A stretch of 64,000 bases of DNA from Eledone cirrhosa (lineage: Eukaryota). This document shows, piece by piece, positions 44,410 to 57,240 of the stretch. Every line of letters begins with the position of its first letter. Position 1 is the first letter of the stretch. The translations under genes and the position numbers were made by a program. The notes under the pieces were generated by a model. The model did not search any database. It worked only from the letters and a program-made list of their open reading frames with translations, and was not told the origin of the DNA. Location of the stretch: positions 359,972,001 to 360,036,000 of the forward strand of contig OZ024741.1 of assembly GCA_964016885.1 (NCBI GenBank), in the 5' to 3' direction.

Positions 44410-44928
44410 GATGACTGCAAACTCTGCTAAAAGTACTGCAATCGCTTGTCATGTTATAGAGTTTGGTGCACTTTTAGGCTACGGCCAATCACACAAACCT
44501 GTAACAGACCCTGAACAAGCAATGCCTGTGCTTTGAAGGTTTTTTAAGTGGGGGAAAGGTCTTGCACTCGACCAATCCCACTCTCTGAGCATCGCAAACA
44601 CTGCCCGAAAAAGAGAACTGGTCAACATCATCGGATGCTTCCGAAGCCGCGGGTTTATTTTTCAGAGTTTTCCTCTCTTAGAAAGGTGTTGTGACAACAA
44701 CTGGGGGCCTTTCACTCCCAGGTTAAAAAAAAAATAAAGTACTATTTGGATGGCCGTTGACTCTGCTGAGTTCCTCCGCCCTTTGCCGGGTCTTGTATTT
44801 CATCCCGCAGAGTGTCCAAATATCACCCTCCTCACTAAGCTAGGTTGGTGGGGCTGCCGGTTTAGTCGCCGACAACCCGACTATGAGACAAATTCTACTG
44901 GGTTACCAGTAGCACCCGAGAGCGACCT
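44410..44928 (-). mobile_element. Short non-autonomous RTE-derived element flanked by (CATA)n
   Basis: Similar to 55069-55660 (GTGCTACTGGTAAC..., GAGGAAAACTCTGA); CATA repeats at both ends. Confidence 0.62.
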
Positions 44929-46713
44929 GACATACATACAGATATACATACATACATGCATGCATACAAACACACACACACACACACATACACACAAGCA
45001 CATACACATACGCACGCACACACACAGAGGACTTATTGTGGAAAAAGTCCTATAGAAGTATGGGATCAATAGACAGCTTCTTGTTGCCTTGGAGTCTTTG
45101 TACGAATACCTTATTATTTGTGTTTGGATAAATGATGTCCAAACAATTCAAAGTGGGTGTCGTACACGACTAGGAGTTCGTTTTAACATAACTCTTGTTC
45201 ATAATCCTCACGAATAGGATTGACATGTAGGTGGTATCAAAACCAGTGGCTGTAGGATGAGTCGGCTAATATTTACAGACAATGTGGTGCTACTTAACTC
45301 ATTGGAAGATAACCGCCCAATGCTGCAAGGCAGGAATGAAAATCAGTGCTGCGAAGACTGAAACATTAATATAGACTGACCCTATGCTATAGTATCGGTA
45401 GAGCGTCAGACGCCGTGCTTTGCAGCACAGAGTTATGGCCTTTTATGTTCTGAGTTCAAATCTCGCCGAGGTTAATTTTGCCTTTCATCCTTACGGGGTC
45501 GATAGATTAAACCACCAGTAATTCACTGGGGTAATTGCGGACCTTGTGCCAATAGTAGAAACATTTATTACTCAAGCACCGTGATGGAAAAAAGGTAAAG
45601 TGATAATGATAATGGGTGATAGTAAAGGGATTGAATACGGACTGATCAAATGTCATCCATCATTATACAGGTGGCATGGTATGGTAAAATAAAAGGTGGA
45701 TGACACTAGAGAAGGTAATGAAGTGGAAGTGAAGGGAGACTTAATGGAGACCCAATATTCTTCCAGTCAACTTCCATCACCTTTACCATCATTATTTTAA
45801 CGACCGTGGATTGGTAGTATCGGTAGAACATCGGACAACATGCTTCGCAGTATAGAGTTACAGCCCTGTACGTTCTGAGTTCAAATCCCGCTGAGGTTAG
45901 CTTTGCCTTTTATCCTTACGGGGTTGATAAATAAAGTACGAGTAACGCACAGGGGTCGATTTAATCGATTTTCTCTTCCCCCAAAATTGTGGGCCTTGTG
46001 CCTAATGTAGAAACAATTATTTTAATGATCGTTTTGTCAGGTTTGCACTGATGGTTGGGTCTTCTTTAATAGTCGTATGTCTACGAGTAAAAAGGTTTCT
46101 TAAGTTGTATATCTTTATGTCAAAAGCTAACTTAACCATTTGATAAATAGGTTAAAAAGGTTGGTCATCCCCAAGTCCGGAGGCTGGAGCTTATCCTGGT
46201 TTCATCGGTATTAAGCAACTGAGAGTAGAACGCTCCCCCCAACTCCTGGACATGATGCCGGCTCGTAACAGGGTTAAACTCCAGCTAGTATTCATTTCAG
46301 GTGAGATGACTTGAGCAACGTAGAATGAAGAGTTTTTTCTCAAGAGTACAATGCATCATCCAGTCCAAGAATCGAGCTCGTGACATTACGATTGTAAACC
46401 AAACATTTTAATCACTAGACCGCATGCCTTCACATAAATAGAAATGAATAAAGAGTGATAAAATAAATACCAAGTTGAAATAAGTTGAAATAAGTTGATA
46501 TGATTGACTAAAGCCATTGAAGGATGTATCCCAGCATGGTCGCAGTTCAAGAGTGAAATCAATATATAAAAACAAAAGAACTACGACGACGACGACAACA
46601 TACAGCAGCATTATCGTCTGCTCAGTGATATGATACTGTCGAGTGCAGTTCTCAAATTTATTTTGTCATGAATCCCTTATACTATTTTCACAAATCGCGG
46701 AAACATTTATTTA

Positions 46714-47037
46714 CTGTATTTCCCTGCGTCGAAGACGCTATTTTTTCCCTAAAATAAGTCTCGAAAATCTACCGAAGATTGTGTTTCTCATAGGCATATC
46801 CTAATCCCGGAGGAAAATTATCTCTGCTACACAGTAATCTGAACTCCTCACAATGAAGTGTATAAATTATACTTAGTTAAAGTAGTAAATAAACGAAATA
46901 TCATTAAAAAATTAGGTAACAAGACCCGAAGTGCCGGAACCTTATTTTTATGTTTATAGTTGTTTTTCAAATTTTTTTTTTTTCGAAATTGGGGTGTGTC
47001 CTCGAGGGCGAAGCTTCTTCGACGACGGGAAATACGG
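46714..47037. mobile_element. Tc1/mariner(pogo)-type MITE with TA TSD
   Basis: TA|CTGTATTTCCC..GTCGAAGA at the left and TCTTCGAC..GGGAAATACGG|TA at the right. Confidence 0.7.
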
Positions 47038-47606
47038 TAATTTTCAAAAAATTGCAGCAGCAATATCTGTATTTTACAGAAAATCCCTACCACTCTAATT
47101 TTAATAAGGCATTAAATGACGCTAAAAGTGGTTTTAGAGAGAGAATTTATTCATATAAAAAGAAAAAGAAAAACAAAAACAATAAAATTATATGAACTTT
47201 ATTTAAAAGACGTCTTATCTCGCGAAAGCACGAATATTTTTTTTCGCCAAAACCTTGGGGTTTCCCGGAACATACTTTGGGAAGCATTGTCATAGTTGGC
47301 GTGTCGCCTTATTCAAGTATCAGGTGATGCTTGTGAGGGTGCTTGGCTCTTCCAGTAGCTCAGCCTGACTATCACACACAACAATGCCATATGTGTTTTG
47401 GCTTGCCTAAACATGTAAAACAGGAAAACACCAGCATTCTCTGTTGTAACGTGTAGTTGTCTGTGCATGTCTTCTCCCGTTTCTTTTTTCACATTTATAT
47501 TTTTCTCTGACCAATTTCTATTGATTTGTCTTTTTAATAAATTATATTCGTTATACAACTTGTGAGGGCAATGAATTGACTGTATCAGTAGTGCGTCGGA
47601 CAACAT

Positions 47607-48162
47607 GCATGCGGCATATAGTTACGGATTTTTATGTTCTGAGTTCAAATCCCACCTAGGTTAGCTTTACCTTTCATCTTTAGAAGTATATAGTATGATA
47701 TTAACGAGAATGATAATATTTGTATTTGTGTTTTGTGTATCAACATAGGTCACCAATATAACAGCAAGTAATAGTAACCAGTTTAGAAGTAAGATAAAAT
47801 AATGTCGACGACGATATGTAGTTTATTGTAACAATAAATGTAATTTATTAACGAAGGTTGAAGTGAGTAGAGGTGGACTGAGCTGGCTCAATCCACCTCT
47901 ACTCACTTCAACCTTCGTTAATAAATTACATTTATTGTTACAATAAACTACATATCGTCATCGACATTATTTTATCTTACTTCTAAACTGGTTACTATTA
48001 CTTGCTGTTATATTGGTGACCTCTGTTGATACACAATACACAAATACAAATATTATCATTCTCGTTAATATCATACTATATACTTCTAAAGATGAAAGGT
48101 AAAGCTAACCTAGGTGGGATTTGAACTCAGAACATAAAAATCCGTAACTATATGCCGCATGC
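47607..48162. repeat. ~556-bp near-perfect palindrome
   Basis: Arms of ~277 bp around TGAGCTGGCTCA (centre ~47884); about four mismatches seen by eye. Confidence 0.93.
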
Positions 48163-48468
48163 CGCAAACAGATGAAACGAACAAAATTAAGGTTTCAGAA
48201 GACACGGTCTACTGGCTGAAGTGTTAGCCAGGACGTGGTTAAATTGTTGTGGTACATATTGATTAATGTTTGCGGAGCAAAAGAAGAATTGGTGTCTATC
48301 TTACCACAGTCGAAGTCAAAGAGGATTAGTTTATTAAAAGACGCGGGAAATTCTCCGTTTGGGCGGAAGTTGAAAATACATATCCGTGCGCGGATCACGA
48401 TTGGCTTAACTTAACCAAATCACGCACGGACAGGGTATCAATGTGCCAAAGGAACGTAGCTTGCTACA
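47679..48468 (-). mobile_element. Solo LTR related to the 24382/25876 LTRs, inserted in a SINE and rearranged by a fold-back
   Basis: TSD CATC at 47675-47678 and 48469-48472. The right end GTAGCTTGCTACA is the reverse complement of TGTAGCAAGCTAC at 25876. The SINE resumes CATCCTTACGGGGTCG. Confidence 0.8.
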
Positions 48469-50965
48469 CATCCTTACGGGGTCGATAAAATAAAGTACCA
48501 ACAACGCACTAGGATTTACCATTGTGCTTAGGTGTGCTTAAACACAGGGCCCTGTTGGCCAGGGGGTTCCATCCTCCTGCCAAAAAATGTTTTTACCGGA
48601 CCTACCTCCATTATATAACTTGCCATTATATAAATTACATTTATATGTAAATATATACATTTATACAACTTTAAAAAATACATTTAACAAATCCATCACC
48701 ATTTCAAGAAATTTTAAAGGAATTCTTTCTCTAACCAGAAATTTAAATCCAAATAATATACTTCTAAAGTCAATAAAATGTCCATTCAGTTAAATACCAC
48801 CATTATCTGAGTGTAAAGGCGCGTTGCTTAGTGGTTAAGGTATTCGGCTCACTATCATGGATTCGATTCTAAGTGGTGCGTTGTGTCCTTGAGTGAGGCA
48901 ATATTTCATTTAGGGCGGTGGATTGGCAGTATCGGTAGAGCGTCAGACACCATGCTTTGCTCATAGAGTTATGGTCCTTAACGTTCTGAGTTCAAATCCC
49001 GCCGAAGTTAACTTTGCATTTCATCCTTACGGGGTCGATAAAAAAAATCACCAGTAATGCACTGGGATAATTGCTGGACTTGTGCCAAAAGTAGAAACAA
49101 TTATTTCATTTTGCTCCAGACTCCCCAGCTAGCAAAAATGAGTCACGCTGATCTCCTTGAGAATTACGTTAATGTTACACGTGTCTATGAAATGTTCAAA
49201 CACGTGCATGTTAATTTCATGAGCCGGGTGTTCCGTTGTTGAAAGAACTGGAACGTTGGTCGTCGGAAGTGACGGAGGTCCCACACACACAAATCACATT
49301 CATTATTTAAATTGTGTTTAAATGTAAGTAAAAAATACATTCATACAGCTTTAAAAAATACATATAAATCCATCATTAATTCAAGAAGTTTTAAAGGAAT
49401 TTGTGGGGTTGTGGAAGGGAGCAGCGCCCTAGCTCAGTGGAGGTCACAGCGGGAGAATCGGGGACCAGGATGCATGGCGGATTTTTACATGGAATATAGT
49501 GATAGGGTGATCTTTGAGATCAGGGGGAGGGGACGTATAGGGCTGGAGCCTTGCCGGAAGTATATGAGCCAGTGACGTCATATGGTTTGAGGGGCTTGTC
49601 GGAATAAGCAGGACACTGTGACGTCACGGAACAGGAGGAAGTAAGCAGCAGCAGCAGCAGCGTCATGAGCCTTCTGGCTTCTTGATCAACGATCTTCGGG
49701 GTCAGAGGCTGTGGTTTTCTTTGCTCCATTCGTAGGGAACATGCGGGAATATTTCTTGGCGATAGAGAGAGTCGGGATGGGTGCTTGGGGACCACGGGTA
49801 CACTGCATTCTGGAGAAGATCAACTACTGAGACGTACTGCGAGGCAGATGAACTAGGCCTCCTCTTGTACCACAGGATTCTTTCTTTGATCAGGAATTTA
49901 TATCTAAATAATGGTTTATGATACAGGCACAAGGCCAGCAATTTTAGGGGAGGGGAAAGTAAATTAAATCGATCCCAGTGTGTGACTGGTACTTTATTTC
50001 ATCACCCCGTAAGGAGGAAAGGCAAAGTTAACCTCGGTGGGATTTGAACTCGATTTCTACTATAGGCACAAAGTCAGCAATTTTGGGGAAGGAGAAAGTC
50101 GATTAAATCGACCCCAGTGCATTACTGGTGCTATATTTTATCAACCCTGTAAGGATGAAAAGCAAGGCTAACTTCGGCGAGATTTGAACTCAGAACGTAA
50201 AGGACCGTAACTCTATGCTGCAAAGCATATTGTCCGACGCTCTACCGATACTGCCAATCCACAACGGTCAATTAACTAACGCCATCACCTGAACGTCCAG
50301 AAAGTTTTAATTGACACCTGTGAAGCACATTGATGCTCAACGTGTATGTTACCCACACCCACACATGGCAGTGCATGTGCACCCTCATGTATAACTGGTA
50401 TTTTATGTGCATGTATACTAACTGAGAAGCAAACAATAAATAAATGGAAATTAAAATAAAAACAAAACAACCACGCAGACATAAGTCTCACTTCTTTCTC
50501 ATTAACACGTGTATCAAATGCGGAAGTATATATTTATATTTTCCCCAGTGCCTTTCCTTCAAAACACGTGTTTTCTGTTCACGGATGACAAATGTGTTTG
50601 GTCACATTGTCCTACAGACACATATTGTCCTTCTAAACGAAGCAGCGTGGGAGAAAAATGATGTTATTTCATGCTAGATTATTTTACAAATCGTTATAGT
50701 CTCCGAACAGGAGTGTGACAACAGTAACGATGACGACGACGGCAATAGTAACAACCACGATGACAGCATAATAATCTTTCAAGATAATTGTTTCTACTTT
50801 TGGCACAAGGTCAGCAATTATCCCAGTGTACTACTGGTACTTTATTTTATCGACCCCGTAAGGATGAAAGGCAAAGTTAACCTCGGCGGTTTTTGAACTC
50901 AGTCCGTAAAGGGACGTAACTGTGCTGCAGCAAGATAATACACATATATAGGCACATATATAGGT

Positions 50966-51010
<45 letters not shown>

Positions 51011-51146
51011 TATACACACACATATTGTTCTACAGGCAAGTTCAGCCACCTCCACCTCCCACCCACCGCAATGAAAGATTTAATTGTGTTTACAAGAAAT
51101 TTTGACCAATCCTTTTGACAACTACAATCTTCCTATATAAGGAATT

Positions 51147-51241
51147 ACCCCTTGAAAAGTTCGGCTATTTATTACCACGCTAAAAATTCCGATTTAGTCC
51201 AGAAATAGCCGTCGAAACGGCTTGAGCTCTGCCGTCGGGGT
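51147..51241 (+). ncRNA. Degenerate type I hammerhead
   Basis: ACCCC-TTGAAAA (CTGAAGA with two transitions)-stem II CGGCTATTT/AAATAGCCG-GAAA-CGGC/GCCG-GTC-GGGGT. Confidence 0.55.
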
Positions 51242-51388
51242 CTTGAACATTTTCCTATTATCCACTCTACTACCCTAAGTATTGAGTACTCTGGTGCGTT
51301 ATGATCCATCTGGTTCCTTACCACACTTCTTTCGTTATATATATATATATTTTAATTCAAAATATTAATAAATATAGACATTCATGTG

Positions 51389-51471
51389 ATCAAATATATT
51401 TTATTATATATATATTTCAGAGGTACTGTGCTGTTTCCTCAGTACGTCCTCATCAGATAAAATAAATTGAT
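51389..51471 (-). ncRNA. Minimal type I hammerhead ribozyme
   Basis: Minus strand TATTTTAT-CTGATGA-GGACGTACTG/CAGTACCTCT-GAAA-TATATATA-TA-ATAAAATA: intact core and palindromic stem III. Confidence 0.75.
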
Positions 51472-51519
51472 GTCTGACATACCTCAACTGTACTGATGGT
51501 TCAATTCCAGTCTTGGCAG

Positions 51520-51521
<2 letters not shown>

Positions 51522-51559
<38 letters not shown>

Positions 51560-51610
51560 GTACACAGATAGATAGATAGATAGATATACATACACACATA
51601 CACACATATA

Positions 51611-51673
<63 letters not shown>
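51522..51673. repeat. Compound (TA)n/(GATA)n/(CA)n microsatellite
   Basis: Directly visible. Confidence 0.97.
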
Positions 51674-51678
<5 letters not shown>

Positions 51679-52599
51679 GGTGTAACTAGAAAGTGTGCGC
51701 CCCGACCACCCCAACCTCCCACAAAAATACAATATTGCCGGTTTATACAACAGACCCAACTATGCAGCCTCTATTTGGTCAGTCGATCTGCTATAATTAG
51801 CAGCACAGACTCCTTCAAATAGACACTCCATTATTATAGAAAACAAGAAGATATAAGTTAATGCATTCATCATAACAGATTAACAAAAGGAAAAAAAAAC
51901 AAGGATGGGGCAATCAAGAACGGAATGTCTTTGTTCATAAGTCTGGTTACCTACTCGATTTCAGTTTGACGACTTTCTTATTTGGCAACATGGCGAGCTC
52001 TATAATCAGGGGCGGTGGAAGCATTTCTGAATTGAGGAGGAGGGCGATTTGTACAATCAGTTGTAATGATTACGCCCAGGGGCGTGCAACAGGGGGCCCA
52101 CGCGCCACAATCTGGCCCGCCAGACCAGTCAGACTGGCCTGCGATGACCGTTTTTAATGTTTACCCTGTAGGCTTATTTAGAAGTTTTTTCGTAACCGTA
52201 CTACAATTTTCTGTTAGTTGACCTCTACTAAAGGGCTTCACTGATAGGGTTATGTGTGTTATAATTTCCCAGTTCCATGGAAAGAAGTTGTGGTGTATCT
52301 TTGGAATAGTGCTAAATAAATATTATGGCCCTAATAGTTGTTCCAAAGTTCAAAAGTGGTCCGCTAATGGAATATAGCAAGCCATGGCAGATTAGGGGAG
52401 GTATCGAATACTCCTTGGTAATAAAAAAGAGCTAGTGAGACAAGTAATAAAAAAGGGAAACAAATAAAATAACAAAAATAAAATTTCAAATATTGAAGGC
52501 CAATAGGAGGCAGATTATGCATAAGAAAGCAAAAAAGAAAAGAGGACACAAGGGAAGTTGTAAAACAGAAATTTCTCTTTGTGAATTTTTTTGTAGCTT

Positions 52600-53260
52600 C
52601 CATGTATCCAAAGATTTTGTTTATATTTGGTAGACCTGTAATCAAATATTGAACTTCCATTCTTGGTAGTTTTTTAAGGATTGGTTTCAATATGGCCTCT
52701 CTCTCAGACTGATAGTTTCTACATTGGAACAAAGAGTGCCAAAGAGTTTCTGGAGAATCACCACAATAACATAGAGGTGAATCTCTACAACCTGTTCTTG
52801 ATAGAATGCAGTTAAAAGAAGTTGCTAAACAACTATAAATCTGAGATGACTTTCCAGCTTTCAAAAGTCAATTCCATACATCTCAATGATCAAATTAATG
52901 AGCTAAGTGCTTATTAATTTGATCATTTTTTTCTTGGAACCAATTTCTTCTCTTGCATGTAACAACCCCTAACGTTTCACGAGATACACAGTAAACCTTG
53001 TCTTCAAACTCTTTCCATGTTCCATCAAACTCCAGTAAATATATAGCACCCTTCATTTCTTCATTGATTGAGGGGTCGCAAAGCAAAGTAATTAAGGCGC
53101 TTTACTGTACATTTTTGCGAGCCATTGACCTTATATGCAGGATGACTTTAGATCTTATAAGATAATGATCTGAGTCAAAATCGGCACCTCTGAAAACCAT
53201 AGTGTTTCGGCGAGTGCAAAAATATCCATCATGTATCCTTCCAATCCGGAAACCATAATT
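52600..53260 (-). mobile_element. Degenerate LINE fragments (C-terminal CCHC knuckle and an RTE-like linker)
   Basis: SPLCYCGDSPETLWHSLFQC, plus RGADFDSDHYL and ETLG...RRNWF. Confidence 0.6.
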
Positions 53261-53719
53261 GCTGTCTTTCTCTACCACTTTCAGTCGTTATGTACATAAC
53301 AACTCACTTTCATATCTTTTTTTTTTTTGTTTTTTTTCTCTTGTAATTCACACCGTTTAAATTAGCAACCTCCAGTCGTAGTGTACTGACCAGTTTTTAT
53401 TGACAGACAATTTTTAGGACACCTTTTCTAGTCCCTTGCCCTGAAAAATGGTGAGCAGTGTTCTCCCAAACAAGGATGCTCTGACGCTAAAGATCCCATC
53501 GAATTCGGCTACTGTCGGATCATTGAAGGCAATATTTATGTACCACCAGTGCGGACTGGGTCTAAAAATATTCATTTAATTTTTATAATGAATAGATAAC
53601 ATTTTCGAAAAATACATAAGTGGAAACAAAACTGCAATCAAATTTTTGCGGAAAAATATCTTACCTTTTCCAATAAAAAATATGTATTTTGCGGAATCCA
53701 GAGACTTTCAATAATGTCC

Positions 53720-54173
53720 AGAAGTCGACCCTAAATATTACTAATAGCTCGAGGAAAGCCATGAACGACACCACTTGGATTTTGAAAGTAGGTTTATAAT
53801 TATCAATTTTCATTATATCTACTTTTGTAGCTGTCTCGGTGGCCTAGTTCATAGACGGAATCATAGACGGTGGTGATCGTGGTCTGAAGTTCAATCCTAG
53901 TCGGGAGTAGGGCTCCCTGTAAACCTTTTCAGTTTTTTTATATTGGTTGTAAAATAAAAACTGAAAAAGGTTGCATGTACTCCTTGACCAGGATTAAACC
54001 CAAGGCCAGGAACTCCACCCTCTCTAGTACCTACCGCTAGGCCACAGAGACAACTACTAAAATCTTTTGAAAATTCATACTTATAAACCTACTTTCAAAA
54101 TTTTCAAAACAAGGTGTTGTGGTGTTGTTCATGGCTTTCTTCATGTTATTGCTCCTACTTAAGGTCGACTTCT
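53720..54173. mobile_element. Palindromic MITE-like element with a tRNA-like segment in each arm
   Basis: AGAAGTCGACC...GGTCGACTTCT ends. The arms pair, with divergence, up to the centre AACCTTTTCAGTTTTT/AAAAACTGAAAAAGGTT. Confidence 0.72.
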
Positions 54174-54419
54174 AAGCCTTAGATTTAGTAGAATGTAGAA
54201 CCACTGATTCCAGCTATTTGCAATATCGTATATTTTGGTTTCTAGTAATTCCCTGGGGAATTGGTTGACCAAATGCTTTGCTTAATTGTTTTATTTATTT
54301 TTAAAAAAAATGTTATTCTTTCTCTTAGATTTCAGGTATTTTTTAAAGCAAAGCAAAGTGGGCCCTGTAATGCTACCGTGGGCCTCCTGGAGCCCACTTG
54401 CCATTGGGCAAGCTGGCAA

Positions 54420-55972
54420 CCTGGCTAGTCCGGAACTAGTTCTACACACTTTATTGCATATCACGCACGTTGTTTCACCAGATCTTTGTTGAGTGGTGTT
54501 GCAGATGATTAACAACCAGCTTTTGAGGGGAGTACACGCTGACAGAAATTGCACGCTCAACTACTGATGACTTCATCAAGACTGCGAGCACAGCCCTTCT
54601 TGAGCTGACGCTTCAGTTGTTTATGTTCTAGACGATATTCCTCAAAAGTTTTACAACTGCCCTTTATGCGCTTTCTCCATATATACGTACATACATACAT
54701 AATACATGATGGCTGCCCCCTCGTTATCGAGTATGGCCATTGCACGATATACCATTATTAATAATTAGTAATTAATTCTATCGTGCAATGCCTGTGCATG
54801 AAGATAATTTTTTAAGTGAGGAAAGACTGTGTACTGAACTAATGCCACTCTCTGAGCGACAGTAGCTATAACCCGAAAAGAAGAAAAGATCAACATCATC
54901 GGTAAGTACTGAGCCGCAGGTTTTATATCGGAGTTATCCCAGTTTCCTGAGTTACCTTCTCCTAGAATAATGCCCTGACAAAGGCTAAGGCATACAAACA
55001 TACATACATACATACATACATACATACATACATACATACATACATACATACATACATACATACATACATGGTGGCTGCCAACTCGTTTTCGATTACGGCC
55101 ACTACTTTATATCCATGTAGGAGAACCCCTACCGATGTGCTGAACAAGTGTGACTTTTTAGTCCAGCCAGCGATTTGAAAACTCTGGTACAAACACTACA
55201 CTTGTGACAATTATTGACACAGTGCTGGGCCAATGGTACCACGTGACGACAAGTGCAGAGAGATCTCCAGATACAAAGCAATGCCTGTGCCGTGAAGCTT
55301 TTATAGTGAGCAAAGGCACTGCACAAAGCCAGTCCCACTCTCTTAACCAAGATGATATTTACCAAAAAGAAGAACAAGTCAACATCATTGGATACCATCA
55401 GGGTTGCAGGTGTTATATCAGAGTTTTCTTTCTCCTAGAATTCTGCTTTGACAAAGGCTAAGGGGTCAACTCTCCCGGTGATTTTGGATGGCCATTGACT
55501 CTTAAGAGCTCCTTTGCTCTTTGACAGGTTTTGTTTTTAGTCCTGCAGGATGTCCAAAGTCACCCTCCTCACCAAGAAACCTTGGTGGGGTTGCCAGTTT
55601 AGTTGCCAACGACCCGACCATGAGACAGGTTGTACTGGGATACATGTTACCAGTAGCACATACATACATACATACATTATGATGCCTGCAACTCGATTTC
55701 GAGTAATGTTATCACTTGATACTTAAGCATGAGCATCACGGATGTGGCTTCCTAGTCCTGCTAGGGACTTGCCTATGGCAAGCAATATCATGCATTGCAA
55801 AAATGTCACGTATCAAGAGTTGCCGTTGCTTAAAGCTTTTTTTAAGTGAGGAAAGGCTTCGCACCTGACCAATCCCACTCTCTGAACATCGAATGCATTT
55901 GCCCAAAAAGAAAAACTGGTCTACATCATTGGATGCAAACGAAGTCGCAGGTTTTATATCAGAGTGACTTTC
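54420..55972 (-). mobile_element. Chain of RTE-derived short elements separated by (CATA)n
   Basis: Units at ~54705-54990, 55069-55660 and 55678-55972 share 5'UTR-like and 3' segments. C2H2-like remnants (CVICNKVCRTSSGL; CSVC.RVF) are present. (CATA)n occurs at 54690, 54991-55068, 55659-55676 and 55972. Confidence 0.68.
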
Positions 55973-57240
55973 ATACATACATATATATATATATGCAAAC
56001 ATATATACATACATACACACATACGCACACACATACATATGAACAAATACACACACTCATATAAAAGCAGTCCTGATTTTACGCTGAGGATACGTCCCAG
56101 AGAAAGTGGCGTAAACAAACATTGACGACAAATCAATCCGAGTGCTTAGGGGTGAGGTCTAGGCGTTCACAATTTTACAATTTTTTTCCAATAAAATCAT
56201 ATTAATATGGGGTTTTACTAATAAATATAATATTAATTTGCTATTTTAATATATAAAATAAACAAATAATTGTTTCTACATTAGGCACAAGGCCAGCAAT
56301 TACCCAGTGTATGACTGGTACTTTATTTTATCGACCCCGTAAGGATGAAAGGCAAAGTTAACCTCGGCGGGATTTGAACTCAGAATGGCAAGGGCCGTAA
56401 CTCTCTGCGTCAAAGCATAGCGTCCGACCCTCTACCGATTCTGCCAATTCACTGCCTTATAAACAAGTGATAACTAAATAAAATACTACCTGAATTATAA
56501 AGCGACACTGTGAATCGTCGTCGCCATCGTTGTTGTCAACGTAGTCGTCGTTGTTGTTCTTTATCTCCCGGTGAATTATGGTCAAAAACATTCCAGCCAT
56601 GACAATCTCATCTTTCTTTTAGACATATATCTTGCAGTATTTAATTTAATGCGTTCTTTATATGCTGGATGTAATTTGATGACGTGTGTGTGTGTGTGTA
56701 TGTGTGTGTGTGAGTAAGTACCTATACATGTGCCTATATATGTGTATTATCTTGAAAGATTATTATGCTACTGTTTCTTTACACATTAAACGTCCGCCAA
56801 GAGGCCTCCTCTTTGGCTCTTTCGTAAAACACATTTTTTCTTTTTTTCACGAATCTTGTCCTCTCTTTGAAGGTACGATTTGCACTTTAAATTAAAATTT
56901 AATGTTAATCAAAATAATTACATGAATCTTTCTTCCTTTTACACACACGTACATTCACACAAACACACACATTGTGTGACGGACGGAAGTCGCTCAAATT
57001 TATATATAGACTTTATCATTGCTTTTGTGTTCTCTCTATCATTTTCTCAAACCCTTTTAGAAGACAAATAAAATGAATTAACATAACAATAATTCTCTAA
57101 ATTTAAAGACCAAGCTCATTGACGGAGTTTCATCCATGCATCTATTGCATCTCAGTATCCTAATAATAATAATAACGGTTTCTGATTTAGGCACAAGGAC
57201 AACAATTTTGGGGGAGGGGAAAGTCGATTAAATCGACCCC

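Noticed and set aside
48912-49100. SINE heads as genuine tRNA genes
   Set aside because: A/B boxes are present, but there is no clean cloverleaf and they always continue into the SINE core.
49402-49807. GC-rich island as a possible solo LTR or exon
   Set aside because: TG...CA ends are present, but there is no clear TSD or coding motif; left unassigned.
55560-55660. HDV-like ribozyme at the RTE-derived 5' end
   Set aside because: Plausible for RTE 5'UTRs, but I could not demonstrate the fold from this sequence.
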